Shown: positions 60,193 through 64,000 of the stretch, piece by piece
Position numbering within the stretch: position 1 is the stretch's first letter
Layout of the letters: each line of letters opens with the position of its first letter
From: Candidatus Woesearchaeota archaeon
GTDB taxonomy: Archaea; Nanobdellota; Nanobdellia; Woesearchaeales; UBA119
DNA length: 64,000 nucleotides
Direction: 5' to 3'
Assembly (NCBI GenBank): GCA_035363095.1
Contig: DAOSEK010000001.1
Location: 82,473-146,472, forward strand
Program-made: the position numbers and the translations under genes
The notes under the pieces: model-generated
Seen by the model: the letters and a program-made list of their open reading frames with translations, nothing else
Told to the model about the DNA's origin: nothing
Database searches by the model: none

Positions 60193-60792
60193 TTACTCAC
60201 TAAAGTCATCAAGGGTATAAGGCATTTCTGATTCGTTTTTGATCTTTTTGTTTGCTAAGAGATATTCTCTTGCAAGCATATAAAATAAAAGTCCTAAACT
60301 TTTTTTGCCTTTGTTGTTGCAAGGAATTACTAAATCAACATTGTTTATTGTGTTGTTTGTATCACATAAAGCGACAATTGGAATCCCTATTTTTATTGCA
60401 TCGTTTACAGCGTTTCTATCTGGCCAAGGGTCGCATACAATCATTACTTTAGCTTCCATGAAATTATCCAGCTTTGAGTTTGTAAGAATTCCTGGCGGAT
60501 ATCTTTCTGCTAAGACTTTTGAACCTATTACTTTTGCAAAGAGCTTTATTGCCCTCCAATCAGATTCTCTTCTTCCACAAACCAATATATCCTTTGGTTC
60601 ATAATGAGATATGAATTTTGCAGCAGTTAATATCCTTTTATCTATTGCACTTACGTTAAACACAGAAAGCCCATCGCTTCTTGTTTTATAGATAAAATTC
60701 TCAAGATATTTAGTTTTGAATTTTGTTCCGATATGGATTCCACTCTTTAAATATACATCTGAAGATGTTAATAGTAGTTCGTCTTCTCCCAT
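60193..60792 (-). CDS. rps2: 30S ribosomal protein S2
   Basis: YLKSGIHIGT, RYPPGILTN, IPIVALCDTNN, IPCNNKGKKS. Confidence 0.97.
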   Translation of the reverse strand: MGEDELLLTSSDVYLKSGIHIGTKFKTKYLENFIYKTRSDGLSVFNVSAIDKRILTAAKFISHYEPKDILVCGRRESDWRAIKLFAKVIGSKVLAERYPPGILTNSKLDNFMEAKVMIVCDPWPDRNAVNDAIKIGIPIVALCDTNNTINNVDLVIPCNNKGKKSLGLLFYMLAREYLLANKKIKNESEMPYTLDDFSE

Positions 60793-60814
60793 TTTTTTTA
60801 TTCCTCTTGTTTTT

Positions 60815-60957
60815 TAATGCCTTTGAAAACCGCTGAAGAGAACCAAAAATACACTAACAGATCAGAATCAACCTGCTAGATTATCGCCTCAGCAGTATAT
60901 TGCAGGTCCCTTGGTAGGCCAACCCTTGCAACAAGGCTTATATTCAAGGTGTATTGG
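60815..60957 (-). promoter_or_regulatory. candidate structured 5' leader of rps2
   Basis: GC-enriched leader with stems CCAATACAC/GTGTATTTTTGG, TTGCA/TGCAA enclosing TTGG-CCTA-CCAA, and CTGCT/AGCAG. Confidence 0.45.
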
Positions 60958-61043
60958 TAATCAATTTTTAAAGCTTTTCTTTTTTAATTTTGAATTTTGG
61001 TTTTTTCTCTTAAAAACTTAAAATAAATCGTATTTTGGATCTT

Positions 61044-61511
61044 TTAAGATACAAGATTTCCAAATGCTTCTTTTAAAAGCGTTCTTAAATCTGCATCACA
61101 CCAAAATTTATGTTTAACACCTTGGATGAAAAAGGTAATTTCACATTTTGAATTGCTGATATTGTTACTGTCATAGTAGGTTTTGTAATTGGCATTTATT
61201 TTTGAGATTGTTGTTTTGTTAGCTTCAAAATTCGCTAAGTCTTCTTTGAGAATATCGTTTTTGTCTATGTTTGTATATCTCATGTAAAAGTTTGAGGATG
61301 CATTCATTTGCTCTTTTATTTGGACTAGATACCCTTTGCCTTCAGCTTTGGCTTTTAGTCTTGCTTTGTTTACTTCTTCATTAACAATTTTTAGTGGCAC
61401 TTTTGCAAATACTACACTTTTATCGTATATTAAAAGATTGTAAGTATCATAAGCTAAACCAAGCATTTTGCTCTTTTTTATATTGGGTATAATATATTTG
61501 GGTTTTTCCAA
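61044..61511 (-). CDS. hypothetical protein
   Basis: 155-aa ORF, TTG start after AGGTGA. Confidence 0.65.
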   Translation of the reverse strand: MEKPKYIIPNIKKSKMLGLAYDTYNLLIYDKSVVFAKVPLKIVNEEVNKARLKAKAEGKGYLVQIKEQMNASSNFYMRYTNIDKNDILKEDLANFEANKTTISKINANYKTYYDSNNISNSKCEITFFIQGVKHKFWCDADLRTLLKEAFGNLVS

Positions 61512-61660
61512 TTTTAAATCACCTTTTTAGCAACTAAAAGTAGTCAGTATATAAATTTTTAGAAAGGCGTTCCAATATTGATTTGTGAAGGATTAAGAAA
61601 AAGGATAAAAAAACAAAAAATTAATTTTACATTTAAGTAAGTTTTTCGGTGCTAGACTCA

Positions 61661-62014
61661 TTAAAAATCTTCGCTATCTTCATAGGATTTTTCTTCTTGG
61701 GAGTCATCGGAGTCACTAGCTTCTTCTTCAGAATAATCATCTGAAGTAGTATCTTCTTGGCTTTCTGAACTAGAATCTCCTGAAGAGCTACCGACAACTT
61801 CTCCAAATCCTACTTTCTTAAGGACTTTTGTTACTTTAATCCTAACACTATCCCCTTTACTTACGTTTGGAATAAATATTACAAAGCCATTAACCTTTGC
61901 AATTCCATCCCCTTTTTCTCCATTCCCCTCTATGGTTACATCTATTTCTTCACCAACTCTTACAGGAGCAAACCTATCAGGTCCCCTGTTAAAACCGTAT
62001 TTTTCGTTTTGCAT
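61661..62014 (-). CDS. single TRAM domain protein with acidic tail
   Basis: APVRVGEEIDVTIE..GEKGDGIAKVNGFVIFIP..GDSVRIKVTKV. Confidence 0.92.
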   Translation of the reverse strand: MQNEKYGFNRGPDRFAPVRVGEEIDVTIEGNGEKGDGIAKVNGFVIFIPNVSKGDSVRIKVTKVLKKVGFGEVVGSSSGDSSSESQEDTTSDDYSEEEASDSDDSQEEKSYEDSEDF

Positions 62015-62149
62015 ATTTCAATTCACCTAAAACTAAAAGACGCGAATAAGCGCGCCTATTTAGGATAAATCTACAATAAATATTTAAAATTATCTAAAAA
62101 AGTTAAGAATATTCACTTTTTTGGGTGGGGTTCTTATCTGTTTGTAGGA

Positions 62150-63220
62150 TTAAATATCTGAAATCTTGTCTGTTTCAACCACAAAACCTGCTTCTCCTTC
62201 GGGTAGATTAGGACTGTCAATTAGTTTTGCTACTCTTGTGTTTTTCTTGCCTTTCCTTAGATACATTCTAAAGGTGCTTGCGTGTGCTACAATGTGTCCT
62301 CCTATTGCAGCGGTTGGATCACCAAAGAATGTATCTGGTCTTGCCATTACCTGATTTGTTACATTTACACAAATGTTGTAGGTATCAGCGAGTTTTAGTA
62401 ATATATGCATATGCCGATTTAGTTTCTGTTGTCTATCAGCTAAGGTGCCTCGCCCTACAAATTCTGCTCTGAAATGAGCTGTTAGTGAATCAACTACTAC
62501 CAGTTTCACATCTAGCTTTTGCTTTGTAATTAGATCTTCTATTTTTTCTGCTAAAAGCATCTGATGGTCTGAGTTGTAAGCCCTTGCGACTTTGATGTGC
62601 TGAAGAGCTTGTGTTGGATCAAGCCCTGCTCCTTTTGCATATTGAGCTATTCTTTCAGGTCTAAAGGTGTTTTCTGTATCTATATAGACTGCATAACAAC
62701 CAGGATTTTGTTTTTGAACTCTTACACATAAAAGATGAGCAATCTGGGTTTTGCCTGAACCAAACTCTCCAAAACATTCAGTTATGGCGCCCGATTCGAA
62801 CCCGCCCCCTAAAAGCTCGTTTAAAGCCTTGCACCCAATGTCTATTTTCATAACACGGGAGCGTTTTTCTAAGAGAATATCTCCTGATTCAAAACCCATT
62901 TCAAGCTTGTTTCTTGCAGCGGAGATGATTCTTCTTGCTACACTGTCTCCTAGAGCGGTTGCATCCATTATTTCATCAGGGCTTGCAACTGCAATACTCA
63001 TCATAGTATCATAGCCTGCTGAAATCAATTTATCAGCAGTAGCTGAGCCAACACCTGGTAATGAAAGGATATCATCAACTGATACATCAGTATCCTCAAG
63101 AGATTGTGGTTTTACTTCAGAATTATTTGTATCACAAGATTTTGAGCCTTGTACTTTTGGCTCTTTATTTTTGTCTGCTTTTTCAATTTTCTCTTCTTTT
63201 TCTTTTGCCATAAATATCAC
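62150..63220 (-). CDS. radA: DNA repair and recombination protein RadA
   Basis: HhH LPGVGSATADKL, GEFGSGKTQ, YIDTENTFRPER, FRAEFVGRGTLADRQQKL; no intein. Confidence 0.98.
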   Translation of the reverse strand: MIFMAKEKEEKIEKADKNKEPKVQGSKSCDTNNSEVKPQSLEDTDVSVDDILSLPGVGSATADKLISAGYDTMMSIAVASPDEIMDATALGDSVARRIISAARNKLEMGFESGDILLEKRSRVMKIDIGCKALNELLGGGFESGAITECFGEFGSGKTQIAHLLCVRVQKQNPGCYAVYIDTENTFRPERIAQYAKGAGLDPTQALQHIKVARAYNSDHQMLLAEKIEDLITKQKLDVKLVVVDSLTAHFRAEFVGRGTLADRQQKLNRHMHILLKLADTYNICVNVTNQVMARPDTFFGDPTAAIGGHIVAHASTFRMYLRKGKKNTRVAKLIDSPNLPEGEAGFVVETDKISDI

Positions 63221-63498
63221 CTTTAATAATCTTTTTTTGTTTTATGCAACAATTAAGAGTAAACAAAGTATTTGTTCTAATAACAAATGAAATGGTGTTG
63301 TTTAAAAAACTTTCATAATATTTTTTGTGATTTTTCCTTTTTGAAACACTCAAAATTAAGCTTAATTTTGAAGTTAATGGTAATATTGAGTTGTAATTGA
63401 TTATATGTGATTCTTTTATATATCTTTGTTAAGGAGTTGTCCAGTTGTCCTATGTAAAAAAGTTAGGGTTAAAGGATTTTTTTAAATACTATTTTTCA

Positions 63499-64000
63499 TT
63501 AAACTCTTAAAATTACGAGCCATATAACGATTAATATGATTAGCATTGTTATAAATAGTAATGTTTCTTTAAGGCTTGATGTTTTGATTGTTCCTTTGAT
63601 TTTTATTGGAAATGGCCAAAAAAGGGATACTCCAGCAGGGGTTAAAGAGTCTAGTATTATATGAGATATCATTCCAAATGAAAAACTGATTAATACTAGG
63701 GAGATGAAGGGTTGTTTTTGAAAGATAAGGCTTAGTAATGAGAGGATTAGGGGAATCATTAAGGAATGAAAAAGTCCTCTATGTCTGAAGTTTATTTTTG
63801 TTAATATGATAGGGATTTTGAGTTTTTTGTTTATGTAAGAGTTTGCAATATCTATGTCTGGGAAGATTGAACCGATGATATAAAAAAGGAAATAAATCGG
63901 TGAGAATAAGGGGTTAAAAAATTCTTGTAGTAAAGAGCTGTTATTAAGTACTGGAGCTATAAGGATTGCTAAGGTTAATAATAGGATTGAGAATAATAAG
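63499..64000 (-). CDS. membrane-bound metal-dependent hydrolase (YdjM/DUF457-like), 5' end outside window
   Basis: Frame extends upstream of the listed ORF: GSIFPDID...HRGLFHS...SHIILDSLTPAGV. Confidence 0.85.
   Translation of the reverse strand, partial: LLFSILLLTLAILIAPVLNNSSLLQEFFNPLFSPIYFLFYIIGSIFPDIDIANSYINKKLKIPIILTKINFRHRGLFHSLMIPLILSLLSLIFQKQPFISLVLISFSFGMISHIILDSLTPAGVSLFWPFPIKIKGTIKTSSLKETLLFITMLIILIVIWLVILRV

Noticed and set aside
62786..62812. tRNA-like GATTCGAACCC motif
   Set aside because: It lies inside radA coding sequence (GGGFESGA) and forms no cloverleaf.
273..63014. Numerous antisense or overlapping ORFs in the track (for example 273..590, 12240..12665, 28578..29126, 46886..47290)
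   Set aside because: They are shadow frames of well-supported genes on the opposite strand or in another frame.
63270..63288. ATTTGTT-N5-AACAAAT inverted repeat upstream of radA as a damage-response operator
   Set aside because: AT-only arms are likely by chance, and I did not see the motif upstream of radB or the glycosylase genes.

Overview
AT-rich archaeal chromosomal segment, most likely from a DPANN lineage such as Woesearchaeota. This is inferred from L35Ae, S28e, L24e, L7Ae, aIF5B, aIF6, EF-2 with the diphthamide His, RadA/RadB and GINS together with bacterial-type ThrRS, GpmI and PpdK. It is mostly housekeeping genes for translation, replication/repair and central metabolism, plus tRNA-Arg(CCT), RNase P RNA and scattered accessory ORFs. 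No CRISPR array, transposase or integrase gene was found. The most striking unexplained structure is a dispersed, modular family of non-coding repeats at about 10 intergenic loci. It is built from constant-length 20-nt hairpins (CCTCG-N10-CGAGG, usually preceded by ATA, with co-varying inner stems) and a ~35-bp linker ending in the palindrome GATTTCATGAAATC, and it resembles bacterial REP/REPIN or IS200/IS605-derived elements. Other points of interest: a 600-bp cassette bounded by a perfect 60-bp duplication of the rps7 3' end, an unassigned ~130-nt structured RNA next to ileS, structured leaders upstream of thrS, rps2, rpl7ae and a TRAM gene, a gene-conversion tract between tandem membrane paralogs, and a half-length Hel308-like helicase coupled to GINS. 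All calls come from reading the sequence; no database searches were run.
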